From an uncultured Gemmatimonadota bacterium (GTDB lineage: Bacteria > 4572-55), in contig CAYOLL010000011.1 of NCBI GenBank assembly GCA_964404765.1, forward strand, positions 773 to 64,772: DNA of 64,000 nucleotides, in the 5' to 3' direction. This document shows positions 47,901 to 56,568 of the stretch, in pieces. Below the pieces are notes generated by a model. That model saw only the letters and a list, made by a program, of their open reading frames with translations. It was not told the origin of the DNA and made no database searches. Position numbers and translations under genes: made by a program. The first letter of the stretch is position 1; each line of letters opens with the position of its first letter.

Positions 47901-50900
47901 GTGGGCAGTGAACATCCTAAAATTAATGGACTTATCGAAGAAAACTATATTGTCGGTTATGATGAATGGTGGGCCAATGGGATTATTGCTAATGCCACTG
48001 ATAATTGCTCTATAACGACAACTATTCAACGGAACATAGTAAAAACAGTAGAAGGTCAGGGCATAACTGTAACCAGCAATGGCTCTGGTATTCTGAATTG
48101 TCTTGTGCAAAATAATACCATTGACCATGCGACTTCGCATGGTATTTATGCCTCTGCCGACTCTCCAGCAGCATCCATTTTCATCAAAAACAATATCGTG
48201 GTCAATTCCAATTTTGGTATTCGGCAAGTTAAAGGCCATGTATCAATTCAGTACAACAATTGCTTTGCCAGTTCTTCAAAAAATTACGAAGGCTTTACGC
48301 CAGATGTCACAAATATTTCAAACGATCCTCAGTTTATCATTTGCCAAAATCAGAGCTTTCTTTTTGAAAATCTTCCCTATTGCCTTTCGGGAACATCACC
48401 GTGTATTGGCACAGGCGATCCTGATCCTCAATTCAATGACCCGGATGGGACACAAAATGACATGGGCGCAATTTATTATCATCGTACACGTACGCCGGGC
48501 GTTTTGACTGTCAATGACGATGGTGGAGCTGATTTTTCTGATATTCAGGCGGCAATCAATGCGGCCCAGCCTGGTGATACGATCAAAGTTGCTGGGGGGA
48601 TGTATACAAACGATTCAGGCTACAGCTTGTGGAGCAAAGACAACATTATCATATTAGGTGGTTGGTCTGATGATTTTTGGCAAAGGAACACAATTCAACA
48701 TGTTTCTTTGCTCGAAAGTTCTCCATCCGCCACCTCGACTATTTTTATACTATTTTCGGGTTGTAGCAACGCAAAATTTGATGGCTTCAAAGTTCATGTT
48801 ATTCATGAGAATTGTACGGGTATCTCCATTCTTTCAGGTCCTGAAGTTACATCTGTAACGATTAGCAACAACGATGTAACTACAACAACCAGTGGGAGTG
48901 GCATTAATGTTTGGGCAGGTTTGAGTCAACGTGTTTCGGCCACAATCGAAGATAATACAGTTTCCGCTATTGAGGTATCAAATACGTACTCAACCAATAT
49001 TTCCGTCTCTGCCGGATTAGGCGGCGTATTAGAAAATATAATTGTAAGAAGGAACAAGGTTGATAATAAAAATACCAATGGAATTGTTTTTTACGGCTAT
49101 GTTGATAGTCTTAAGACTACGCGTATCAGCGGGATTATTGAAGAAAATTATATCAATTGTAATGGAAAAGGAAGCCGTGGCATATCAGTTGGAACAAATT
49201 TTACGGATGTTTCTTTAGATGTTACTATTTGTAAAAACATCATCGAAAATTCGCAGTGGGCGGGTGTTATAGTTTGGAGCGATCATGCTATCAAATCCTT
49301 TCGTTGTAAAGTGCTCAATAACACTGTTAAACAAATTGACGATGATGATACCAATACAGCAGGAGTTTATATTGATTTTCGAGAGTCGATGAGCGCATCG
49401 TTAGAAATTCGTAACAATGTCATGATTAATGGTGGTTATGGTATTCAAGCGCAAGCTATTCCAAGCGGCATAAATATACGTTTTAACAATGCTTTCGGAA
49501 ATAGACACCAAAACTATTTTGCTTCCAACTACACTTTTGACAATACAAATCTGCAAATAAACCCGCAGTTCACAAGCTGTACAAATCAAAATTTTCCGTT
49601 TGAAAACCTTCCCTATTGCCTTTCAGCAACTTCCCCATGCAAAAACACGGGCGACCCTGATCCCCAATACAACGACCCGGATGGCACACGCAACGACATC
49701 GGTGCATTGTATTTTCATCAAACACGTGGATTAGCGCCAATCGCCGTCATTGACGCCATCACCCCTGCGCCAGCTACCATCTTCGATGTCATTCATCTAC
49801 GTGGCCACGGTTACGATCCTGACCATCTGAATGATCCGCAAGCCATTACGGCCTATCGCTGGGCTCTCAAAGTCAATGACGCTGTCTATCAAATCGCCGC
49901 CAGCGCCGATACCACGCTGCGGGCCAATTATCCGTTTCAGTCGGGTTACAACGTCTTGCAATTTCAGGTACAAGATCAAGATGGGTTATGGTCCACGGCC
50001 GCGGAACAAACTTTGTATATCTTTGGCCCGTCGCGGGCCATTATCTGCGCCGGTCACCGCAATTTGAGCGGTTCTTGGCAAAGCGACGCCCTCTGGCCCT
50101 TAACCGATCAGGTCACCACCCACGCCTACCGCGTCCTGGACGAAGGCATCCATCCCGATACCACCCAAAGCAAGGCCAACATCTATTTTTTACATCCGGA
50201 TATTCAGCGACCCCAAACGGATGCCACATCCACTTTAGAAAATCTGCGCCAGGCCATTACGAATTGGGCTCCGACGCAAGGCGTGGGGCCGGGCATTCCT
50301 TTGCTCATTTACTTGACCGGACACGGCGGCAGCGATTACTTTGAAGTCAACGGCGCGTACGAACGCCTCTCCGCCGACACCCTCAATGTCTGGCTGAACG
50401 ACTTGCAGCAACGAACCGGCTGCGATCAGGTCATGGTCATCGCCGATTTTTGTTATTCCGGAACATTTTTAGACAATCTGCGCACCGCCGCCCGGCGGGA
50501 GCAATCAACCCAACAGCGCGTAGTCATTAGCAGCACCGGCTCACAAGTGGCCCATTTTCTGAGTGGCACGTCCTTCTCTCAAGTTTTCTTCAATCAAATG
50601 GCCGGCGGGCAAAAACGTATGATTGGCGATGCCTTTGCCGCCGCCAAAGACGAAATGGCCAAGAACAGTCTCTTTGGCAATCAAATTCCTTTGCTGGACG
50701 ATGACGGCAACGGTCAGGATAACCCCCCTGAGCAGGCCAGAAGAGTGCCGGTCATCGTTTATATTGACGCAGGCGAACCGCCGAAACTAATTCTCAGAAT
50801 GGCAGACCGCGAACTGCCCCGCCCCGGGTTGCCGGATACACTGCTAATGGATGTATCCTCGCCCCATAAAGATTTGGCTTACGTGGGCGTGTCCATCGTG

Positions 50901-51299
50901 CCGCCCAATATCGTCATTCCCGATAAGACGGAACAATTTCAAACGCCCATCTTGCAATTGGAAACCTTGCCCTTGCAAAATATAGGCGAAATCAGCCCCC
51001 GTTTATATCGCTATCGCCTTATCTACAACAAGCTGAATCAGTGCGGCATGTACACCTTCAACGTCTTTGCCTACGATACCGACGGCAACTATGCCCTGTC
51101 CGTCACCCACAAAGTCAAAGTCGCCGCCGGCCTCGGCGATGTCAATTTCGATTGCCGGACCAATCTCGCCGACGCTTTGTTAATCCTGCAACACATCCTC
51201 AAGCTGAACACGCTCACCGCCGCGCAACAAGCCAACGCCGATGTTAATCGTGACGGCACGGTCGATATCCGGGATGTGCTTGGTTTGCTTAATCGATAA
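44964..51299 (+). CDS. Giant secreted modular protein (2111 aa): 4 tandem right-handed beta-helix modules, Ig-like region, clan-CD cysteine-peptidase-like domain, C-terminal dockerin
   Basis: Signal peptide MMRLNNAVILFLTVSFIFFTTVAFA. Four ~350-aa modules each start W(T/K)VNDxGGxDF(S/T)DIQAAIDAAxxGDTIKVAxGxY and end SPCIDAGDPxPxYNDxDGTxNDxGAIYYH. Clan-CD-like His/Cys dyad (LIYLTGHGGSDYFE ... VIADFCYSGTF). C-terminal dockerin (GDVNFDCRTNLADALLILQ...ADVNRDGTVDIRDVLGLLNR). Confidence 0.75.
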   Translation: MMRLNNAVILFLTVSFIFFTTVAFARTWTVNDSGGADFTDIQPAIDAASAGDTIKVAEGRYINANTTVIDRKSSIFLCGGWSEDFSQYDPDHYISYVENVNTVKGTTFSITWCDFVEIQGFEIHLTSGAPELPHANIYASDNRKVVIRRNKLYMSLAANYTNTILIHAPNFLNEAVVDSNISIDTQRHQNTYQPHFVAGAIIQGRIHAEFRYNEIHARDGIGIVLQTVPESRVHTYASGVIENNLVRCYGTGWGLAASAPVDSVEVTIRNNVVINSGYLAIEATTPNQGGHIAAFIYNNTVDSVFVSWASDPMGIYANNLSATSTVDFRNNLVMNADRAIAWTGQGSVTAEYNTLYNNRVNAYNLSLNATHLFTDPILTKCNDIGNPFEDISYCLNENSPCIDAGDPSPSYTDADGTRNDTGAIYYRHPATPPVVWKVNDNGGVDFSTLQAAIDAASNGDTIKVAEGFYSTEWHTGYIDGKQNIHLIGGWTNDFKNFDPQNYPTILKSEDVHVISIINSSDISVEGFDIIADGVNEQSSGVAIANSDRIQIQHNRVQLTNKASLGTAISIVSWGANTASAIVQENILINPKTTSTFGQRLLQIFSGNSGSTRAMIQRNVIIGNQEIGLFFFSTADSYNSCYAEVLNNTIVSSGVGISAWSSSYTQMDTLILKNNIILDCRDGIVKGTEFAYFSAEHNNSFNNNSNFMNFEPTGSNISFDPQFVSCLNKSFPFENKPYCLSSISPCIDAGDPNPKYNDPDGTQNDMGAIYHHRAGIPRTWKVNDSGGANFTDIQAAIDTAATGDTIKVAAGNYMIQIPISIQKKSNIYISGGWAENFSQQNSTQFVSRIQNTNATDGSVFLIVNSNSIQLEGFEIHVTNGSYLAADGINIKDCLDFVLRQNTIYVETAAILARGIIVASDVTAASGVVEHCTINDTQTNRVNQQLLVGYANTFGNLDITFRRNKVYVRDSEAITLYAERTVGSEHPKINGLIEENYIVGYDEWWANGIIANATDNCSITTTIQRNIVKTVEGQGITVTSNGSGILNCLVQNNTIDHATSHGIYASADSPAASIFIKNNIVVNSNFGIRQVKGHVSIQYNNCFASSSKNYEGFTPDVTNISNDPQFIICQNQSFLFENLPYCLSGTSPCIGTGDPDPQFNDPDGTQNDMGAIYYHRTRTPGVLTVNDDGGADFSDIQAAINAAQPGDTIKVAGGMYTNDSGYSLWSKDNIIILGGWSDDFWQRNTIQHVSLLESSPSATSTIFILFSGCSNAKFDGFKVHVIHENCTGISILSGPEVTSVTISNNDVTTTTSGSGINVWAGLSQRVSATIEDNTVSAIEVSNTYSTNISVSAGLGGVLENIIVRRNKVDNKNTNGIVFYGYVDSLKTTRISGIIEENYINCNGKGSRGISVGTNFTDVSLDVTICKNIIENSQWAGVIVWSDHAIKSFRCKVLNNTVKQIDDDDTNTAGVYIDFRESMSASLEIRNNVMINGGYGIQAQAIPSGINIRFNNAFGNRHQNYFASNYTFDNTNLQINPQFTSCTNQNFPFENLPYCLSATSPCKNTGDPDPQYNDPDGTRNDIGALYFHQTRGLAPIAVIDAITPAPATIFDVIHLRGHGYDPDHLNDPQAITAYRWALKVNDAVYQIAASADTTLRANYPFQSGYNVLQFQVQDQDGLWSTAAEQTLYIFGPSRAIICAGHRNLSGSWQSDALWPLTDQVTTHAYRVLDEGIHPDTTQSKANIYFLHPDIQRPQTDATSTLENLRQAITNWAPTQGVGPGIPLLIYLTGHGGSDYFEVNGAYERLSADTLNVWLNDLQQRTGCDQVMVIADFCYSGTFLDNLRTAARREQSTQQRVVISSTGSQVAHFLSGTSFSQVFFNQMAGGQKRMIGDAFAAAKDEMAKNSLFGNQIPLLDDDGNGQDNPPEQARRVPVIVYIDAGEPPKLILRMADRELPRPGLPDTLLMDVSSPHKDLAYVGVSIVPPNIVIPDKTEQFQTPILQLETLPLQNIGEISPRLYRYRLIYNKLNQCGMYTFNVFAYDTDGNYALSVTHKVKVAAGLGDVNFDCRTNLADALLILQHILKLNTLTAAQQANADVNRDGTVDIRDVLGLLNR

Positions 51300-51310
51300 A
51301 GGAAATTACG

Positions 51311-51652
51311 ATGCCAAAAAAAAACCGCCGTTCATCGGCGCTCTTGAAAGAACCGTCCGTCGCTTATGAAACCGCCATGCCAACGGATGCTCGCGCGAAC
51401 GATTTTATCCACAATCTTCACCTGCAGTTTGTTACCAATGCCGCCGGCATCCAGACGGCGGTTGTCATTCCTATATCCGAATGGCAGCGTTTGGTCAGGG
51501 CATACCAGGCTCTTTTGCGTCGTTATTCCACAACGACTGAAGAAATTACCTTCTGGTCCGATGCGGAAATAGATTACCTTGGTGAAATACTGCCGTTTAG
51601 CCATGACGAAAATGAGGAGGACACCGGGGAATGGTTCGAAAAATCTATTTAA
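51311..51652 (+). CDS. Putative antitoxin partner of the MazF-like gene (hypothetical)
   Basis: 113 aa; 3' end overlaps the MazF-like start by 22 nt; no clear family match. Confidence 0.3.
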   Translation: MPKKNRRSSALLKEPSVAYETAMPTDARANDFIHNLHLQFVTNAAGIQTAVVIPISEWQRLVRAYQALLRRYSTTTEEITFWSDAEIDYLGEILPFSHDENEEDTGEWFEKSI

Positions 51653-51969
51653 CCAGAATTTACTACACCAGTATGACCGATTATAAAGATCGACCGGTGT
51701 TAATCGTCAAAGAATATGAGAAATTCGATGTGCTATTTGCGCCTTTGACAACTAATTTGCAGCGCGGCGGCATTGAAATTACCACTGCCGATCTGGAACA
51801 TGGCTCGCTTTTACGTCCATCGGTTGTTATTGCGGCAAAGTTGGCCACCATTAGTCAGACATTATTGTTGAAAGAACTTGCCACACTCAAGCAAGAGACG
51901 TTTGCAAAAGTGATGCGTCAGATTTGCCAGGGTTTTGCGTGCACCGATTTTTTAGGGAATCAGGGGTGA
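51631..51969 (+). CDS. MazF/PemK-family toxin-like protein
   Basis: DYKDRPVLIVKEYEKFDVLFAPLTTNLQRGGIEITTADLEHGSLLRPSVVIAAKLATISQTLLLKELATLKQETFAKVMRQI fits the MazF/PemK pattern (RP.LVV...........PLTS...........L.....V......TI....L.). Confidence 0.5.
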   Translation: MVRKIYLTRIYYTSMTDYKDRPVLIVKEYEKFDVLFAPLTTNLQRGGIEITTADLEHGSLLRPSVVIAAKLATISQTLLLKELATLKQETFAKVMRQICQGFACTDFLGNQG

Positions 51970-51978
51970 AAAAAAACC

Positions 51979-54198
51979 ATGCCACACTCACTTGCCGATC
52001 ACATCCATTTTATCGTAGGCGACTTGCACGAGGGATTCATTTATCCCGGCGCCAAGATCGCCCTCCTCACCGACCATCAGATATTTGCCCGCTTTCATCG
52101 ACGGCATCGCCGGTTGAAGTTTGGCGGCGGCGTCAGCCTGAGTAGCTTGTCCGCGCTCAATCCGGGTGATTACGTCGTGCACGTGCAGCACGGCATCGGC
52201 GTGTACAAAGGCGTGGAGCGTATCAGCGTCCAGGGCGTCAGCGGCGATTATTTGACGGTCGAATACAGCAACGGCAAGCTGCGCGTACCGGTCGATCAAT
52301 TCAATCAGGTGCAGAAATACGCCAAAGAAGGCGCGGAAGGCGGCGTCAAGCTGCACAAGCTGGGCGGCACGGATTGGGAACGCACCAAGGCCAAAACCCG
52401 CCAGGCCCTGAAGCTAAAAGCCGAGGAGTTGCTGCGCCTCCACGCCGAACGCGAACTACACGCCGGCCACGCTTTTCCGCCGGATGCGTCCGATATGCGC
52501 CAATTGGAAGCCTCTTTCCCGTGGCAGGAAACGCCCGATCAAATCCGGGCCATCGGCGATGTCAAAACCGATATGGAAAAGGGCCGACCTATGGATCGGC
52601 TGATCTGCGGCGACGTGGGTTTCGGCAAGACCGAGGTGGCGATTCGCGCGGCTTTTAAGGCGTTTACAGACGGCAAGCAAACCGCCGTCCTCGTGCCCAC
52701 AACGATTCTGGCCCAGCAGCATCTCAACACCTTTAGCGAGCGGCTGCGCGATTTTCCGGTCACGATTGAGATGCTGTCCCGTTTCCGCGATGCCGCCCAG
52801 CAAAAGGACATTATCAAGCGGCTGAACGAGGGCAAGATCGACATTATCATCGGCACCCATCGGCTGTTTTCCAAAGACGTGCAGTATCCGCGACTGGGCC
52901 TGGTGGTGGTGGACGAGGAGCATCGCTTTGGGGTCAAGGACAAGCTGCGGCTCAAGGAATTGCGCCGCACGGTCGACTTTATGACCATGACCGCCACGCC
53001 GATTCCGCGCACGCTGCAAATGGGTCTGATGTCGATTTGGGATATGTCGGTCATCAACACGCCGCCGCGCAACCGCTACCCGATTCATACCGAAATCGCC
53101 TCCTTTCACGACGACGTGATTCGGCGGGCGGTGGAGCGCGAGTTGAGTCGCAACGGCCAGGTCTATTTTGTCCACAACCGGGTGGAGACGATTCCGGCCA
53201 TGTACAATTATCTCAAGCAGATTTTGCCGGACACACGGATTTGCGTCGCCCACGGCCAGATGAACGAGCACGAATTGGAGCAGTCCATGATTGACTTTTA
53301 CGACCGCAAATACGACATGCTGCTGGCCACGACGATTATCGAAAGCGGCCTGGACAATCCCAACGCCAACACGATTTTGATCAACCGCGCCGACAAGTTT
53401 GGTCTGGCCCAATTGTATCAGTTGCGCGGGCGGGTGGGCCGGTCGTTTCATCATGCTTACGCTTATTTGCTGATTCCGCCGGATCGGACGCTGAGCATGG
53501 TTGCCCGGCGGCGGTTGCGGGCGCTGGAAGAAGCGGAAGAGTTGGGCAGCGGTTTAAAATTAGCCATGAGCGATTTGGAGATTCGCGGGGCCGGCAATTT
53601 GCTGGGCGCGGAACAGAGCGGGCATGTGGCCGCGGTCGGCTTCGATCTCTACAGCAAGCTGCTCAAAGAGGAAGTGGAACGTCTGCGCGGCAAGCCACGC
53701 CACGAACGGCCGGAAGTCAAGATCGAAACGGATTTTGAATGCCTGCTGCCCGACGAATTTATCACCGACAGCGAGGAAAAAATCATCATCTATCAACGAT
53801 TGTCCGAGTGCGAAAACATCACGCAAGTGGAGGATATCGGCAAGGAGTTAAAAGACCGGTTTGGCGATGTGCCGCTGCAGGCGGTCAATCTGCTGGATTT
53901 TATCGCGCTCAAGAAAGTGTGCGAGCAAACGCCTATTGCCCATCTGGATTTGCGCAACGATCAAATCTACTTCGAGTTCCGCGATCCACAAAATCCGCCC
54001 TTGCGCCCGTTTGAAAAAGCGTTCAAGGAAGTCAAAATCGAGCTTCGCCCCTATCCGACCAAAAAGGGCATTGCCGTCGTCGGCAAGATGGGCGGGATTG
54101 AGCGAGCAAGCCAGTTGATGACGCTGCGGTTGGCGTTGGAAGGGTTGGTGGCGAAGGGGGAGCAACAAAGCGGGGTTTTGTCATCGCCATCTCGCTGA
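51979..54198 (+). CDS. mfd: Transcription-repair coupling factor Mfd homologue lacking the N-terminal UvrB-homology module (corresponds to about E. coli Mfd residues 430-1148)
   Basis: RNAP-interacting domain motif GDYVVHVQHGIGVYKG; superfamily-2 translocase motifs LICGDVGFGKTEVAIRA and VVDEEHRFG; C-terminal TRCF domain (LEIRGAGNLLGAEQSGHVAAVGFDLY...). Only 739 aa. There is no room upstream (the TA module ends at 51969) for the ~450-aa N-terminal domains. Confidence 0.8.
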   Translation: MPHSLADHIHFIVGDLHEGFIYPGAKIALLTDHQIFARFHRRHRRLKFGGGVSLSSLSALNPGDYVVHVQHGIGVYKGVERISVQGVSGDYLTVEYSNGKLRVPVDQFNQVQKYAKEGAEGGVKLHKLGGTDWERTKAKTRQALKLKAEELLRLHAERELHAGHAFPPDASDMRQLEASFPWQETPDQIRAIGDVKTDMEKGRPMDRLICGDVGFGKTEVAIRAAFKAFTDGKQTAVLVPTTILAQQHLNTFSERLRDFPVTIEMLSRFRDAAQQKDIIKRLNEGKIDIIIGTHRLFSKDVQYPRLGLVVVDEEHRFGVKDKLRLKELRRTVDFMTMTATPIPRTLQMGLMSIWDMSVINTPPRNRYPIHTEIASFHDDVIRRAVERELSRNGQVYFVHNRVETIPAMYNYLKQILPDTRICVAHGQMNEHELEQSMIDFYDRKYDMLLATTIIESGLDNPNANTILINRADKFGLAQLYQLRGRVGRSFHHAYAYLLIPPDRTLSMVARRRLRALEEAEELGSGLKLAMSDLEIRGAGNLLGAEQSGHVAAVGFDLYSKLLKEEVERLRGKPRHERPEVKIETDFECLLPDEFITDSEEKIIIYQRLSECENITQVEDIGKELKDRFGDVPLQAVNLLDFIALKKVCEQTPIAHLDLRNDQIYFEFRDPQNPPLRPFEKAFKEVKIELRPYPTKKGIAVVGKMGGIERASQLMTLRLALEGLVAKGEQQSGVLSSPSR

Positions 54199-54487
54199 AA
54201 ATACGTTGCTCCAAACTGGCTTTGAATTATCGTTATACGCGTGATTTTGATACCCAACCTTATAGTGAGGACAAAATCGACATGGGCCTGCTAACCCGGC
54301 TCGGTCTCAAAACGTTGATCGGCCAACTGCACCCGCTCCGTTTGAGCGCCTGGACCGCGCGCCGAACGCTGTCATAACCGCCGTCATAGCCCAAACTCCG
54401 TAGCCGATCATAAATCCAGGTTGCCCGATACGCCCCGTCCTCGTTCAGCCAGGCTCAAATGCGGCAACAAGATTTCAGCATTCAGAC

Positions 54488-54527
54488 CCGACGGGTTTCA
54501 AAAACCGGCCGGGTCTGAATTTGCCAC
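54488..54527. terminator. Hairpin TTCAGACCCGACGG-loop-CCGGCCGGGTCTGAA downstream of the minus-strand ABC gene
   Basis: Inverted repeat read directly. Confidence 0.5.
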
Positions 54528-56486
54528 TTATTCTGCACTTGTAAAATCAGCAATCGCCTCTTGCTGGAATTGATTCGTATATAAATGATAATACCGCCCA
54601 CGTTGATGAATCAACTCATGGTGATTACCGGATTCCAGAATTTTGCCTTGGTCGATGACCAGAATGCGATCCGCAGCGCGAATGGTCGAGAGCCGATGGG
54701 CGATGATAAAGCTGGTCCGGTTTTCAAGAACTTTCCCGATGGCTTTTTGAATCAACTGCTCCGTTTCGGTATCCACCGACGAAGTCGCTTCATCCATTAC
54801 AAACAAGCGCGGATTGGCCAGTAACGCCCGGGCAAACGAAATTAGCTGCTTTTGGCCGGTCGATAACAGGCTGCCGCCTTCGCCTACCTGGTTTTGATAG
54901 CCTTTTTCAAAATTCCGGATAAAAGCGTCGGCATGAACCACCTGCGCCGCGCCGATCACCTCTTCATCCGTTGCTTCCAGGCGGCCATAGCGAATATTTT
55001 CCAGAATGGTGCCGCCGAACAGATGCGGCGTTTGCAAGACCACGCCCAGGTTGGATTGCAGCCAGTGCAAGCTGCGTTGGCGATAGTCTGTGCCGTCAAT
55101 TAAAATATGACCGGCAGTCGGCTCGTAAAAGCGGCAGGCCAGATTCACAATCGTACTCTTACCGCTGCCGGTTTCGCCCACCAGGGCAATGGTTTCACCT
55201 GCTTCAACGATTAAGTTGAAATTGTCAAGCACTGCCCGGCCATTTTTGTAGCCAAAACATACATTGCGAAATTCAACCCGGCCCGCCATAACATCTTCCT
55301 TAGAAGAGTTCTTTTCTATGCCGGACAATCCCCGTGCCTCATTTTTTAAGGAGGAATTACCGAGTGTTTGCGTGAGATGAAAATCAGGCATGTGTCCGTT
55401 GCCGTTTCCATTGGGATGCGCTTTAAGATAGTTCGCAGCCGGCACAATATGCAACGACTCACGGACTTCAGATCCATCAACTATTTCCGGCTCGGTTTCA
55501 ATCAGGGTAAAGATGCGCTCAGCCGATGCCTGCGCATTTTGTAGCTCGGCAAAAACACGGGCCACCTCCTGAACCGGTTCGAAAAAACGGGTGGCATACG
55601 AAATAAATGCCACCAGGGTACCATACGTGATCGTCTCATGAATGACGCCGCTGCCGCCAAACCATACGGCCAGCGCCGAGCCAATAGCGCCCAGCAACAG
55701 CACCAATGGCAGATAGGTGGCGGATTGCACGGCTGCCAGAACCGATGACTTAAACATGGTGTCGGTCAGGCCTTCAAATTCGGTCAGATTTGCCTGTTCC
55801 CGCACTAATGTCTTGGTTGTTTTTGCGCCGGTAATGCCTTCATTAAATGCGCCGGTGATTTTAGAGTTCGTTTTACGCACCGTGCGATAGCTGCTCAAAA
55901 TCCGTTTTTGGAAAACGCCGCTGATCCAAACCAGCGGCGGCACAACAGATAGAACAATCAAGGCCAGCTTCCAGTTAAGATAAAACATAACGGCGGCGAT
56001 GGCCAACATCATGGTATGACCCCAGACAATATCCACCACACCCCAGGCCAGAATATTGCCTAACCGGCTCACATCCGAGCCCATTCGTGCCATCAGCCAG
56101 CCCACATGCGTCCGGTCAAAATAGGAAAACGAAAGCTGTTGCAGCTTTTTAAAACCGGCCTGGCGAATGTCGTAGCAAATCCATTGATTCACCTTGCCGG
56201 CCAAGGTGATAAGCAGCCAAACCACCAGACCCAGCATGACATTGAGGAGCATAAAAACCAGGCCGAATAATCCCAAACCGTCCGTTTGACGCGGCACGAT
56301 AAAATGATCAATAGCAATTTTGGTAAGCAGGGGATATATGGCATCCAGCATACCAACAAACATCATAACCCCTGCCAGACTTATAACATAGGCGCGATAT
56401 GGTCGCATAAAAACGAGAACCTTTCGCCATAAGCCAAAGTCAAATCGCTTATTATATTCTTGCTCATAAAAATCTTCATGTGACAT
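54528..56486 (-). CDS. ABC exporter, fused permease / ATP-binding subunit (MsbA-like), with a ~40-aa insert between the TMD and NBD
   Basis: Six TM helices; Walker A GETGSGKST; signature LSTGQKQLISFARAL; Walker B LFVMDEATSSVD. Confidence 0.85.
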   Translation of the reverse strand: MSHEDFYEQEYNKRFDFGLWRKVLVFMRPYRAYVISLAGVMMFVGMLDAIYPLLTKIAIDHFIVPRQTDGLGLFGLVFMLLNVMLGLVVWLLITLAGKVNQWICYDIRQAGFKKLQQLSFSYFDRTHVGWLMARMGSDVSRLGNILAWGVVDIVWGHTMMLAIAAVMFYLNWKLALIVLSVVPPLVWISGVFQKRILSSYRTVRKTNSKITGAFNEGITGAKTTKTLVREQANLTEFEGLTDTMFKSSVLAAVQSATYLPLVLLLGAIGSALAVWFGGSGVIHETITYGTLVAFISYATRFFEPVQEVARVFAELQNAQASAERIFTLIETEPEIVDGSEVRESLHIVPAANYLKAHPNGNGNGHMPDFHLTQTLGNSSLKNEARGLSGIEKNSSKEDVMAGRVEFRNVCFGYKNGRAVLDNFNLIVEAGETIALVGETGSGKSTIVNLACRFYEPTAGHILIDGTDYRQRSLHWLQSNLGVVLQTPHLFGGTILENIRYGRLEATDEEVIGAAQVVHADAFIRNFEKGYQNQVGEGGSLLSTGQKQLISFARALLANPRLFVMDEATSSVDTETEQLIQKAIGKVLENRTSFIIAHRLSTIRAADRILVIDQGKILESGNHHELIHQRGRYYHLYTNQFQQEAIADFTSAE

Positions 56487-56505
56487 AAAAACCCCTTGTT
56501 GAAAA

Positions 56506-56568
56506 ATTAGGAATTAGAAATTAGAAATTAGGAGTTAAATTACCCATTGCTCATTGCCCATTGTCTAT
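56506..56568. repeat. Two heptamer tandem arrays: AATTAGR x4 (56506-56533) and CATTGYY x3 (56548-56568); the latter contains the stop codon of the upstream ABC gene
   Basis: Read directly; on the minus strand it reads CAATGGG CAATGAG CAATGGG. Confidence 0.85.
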
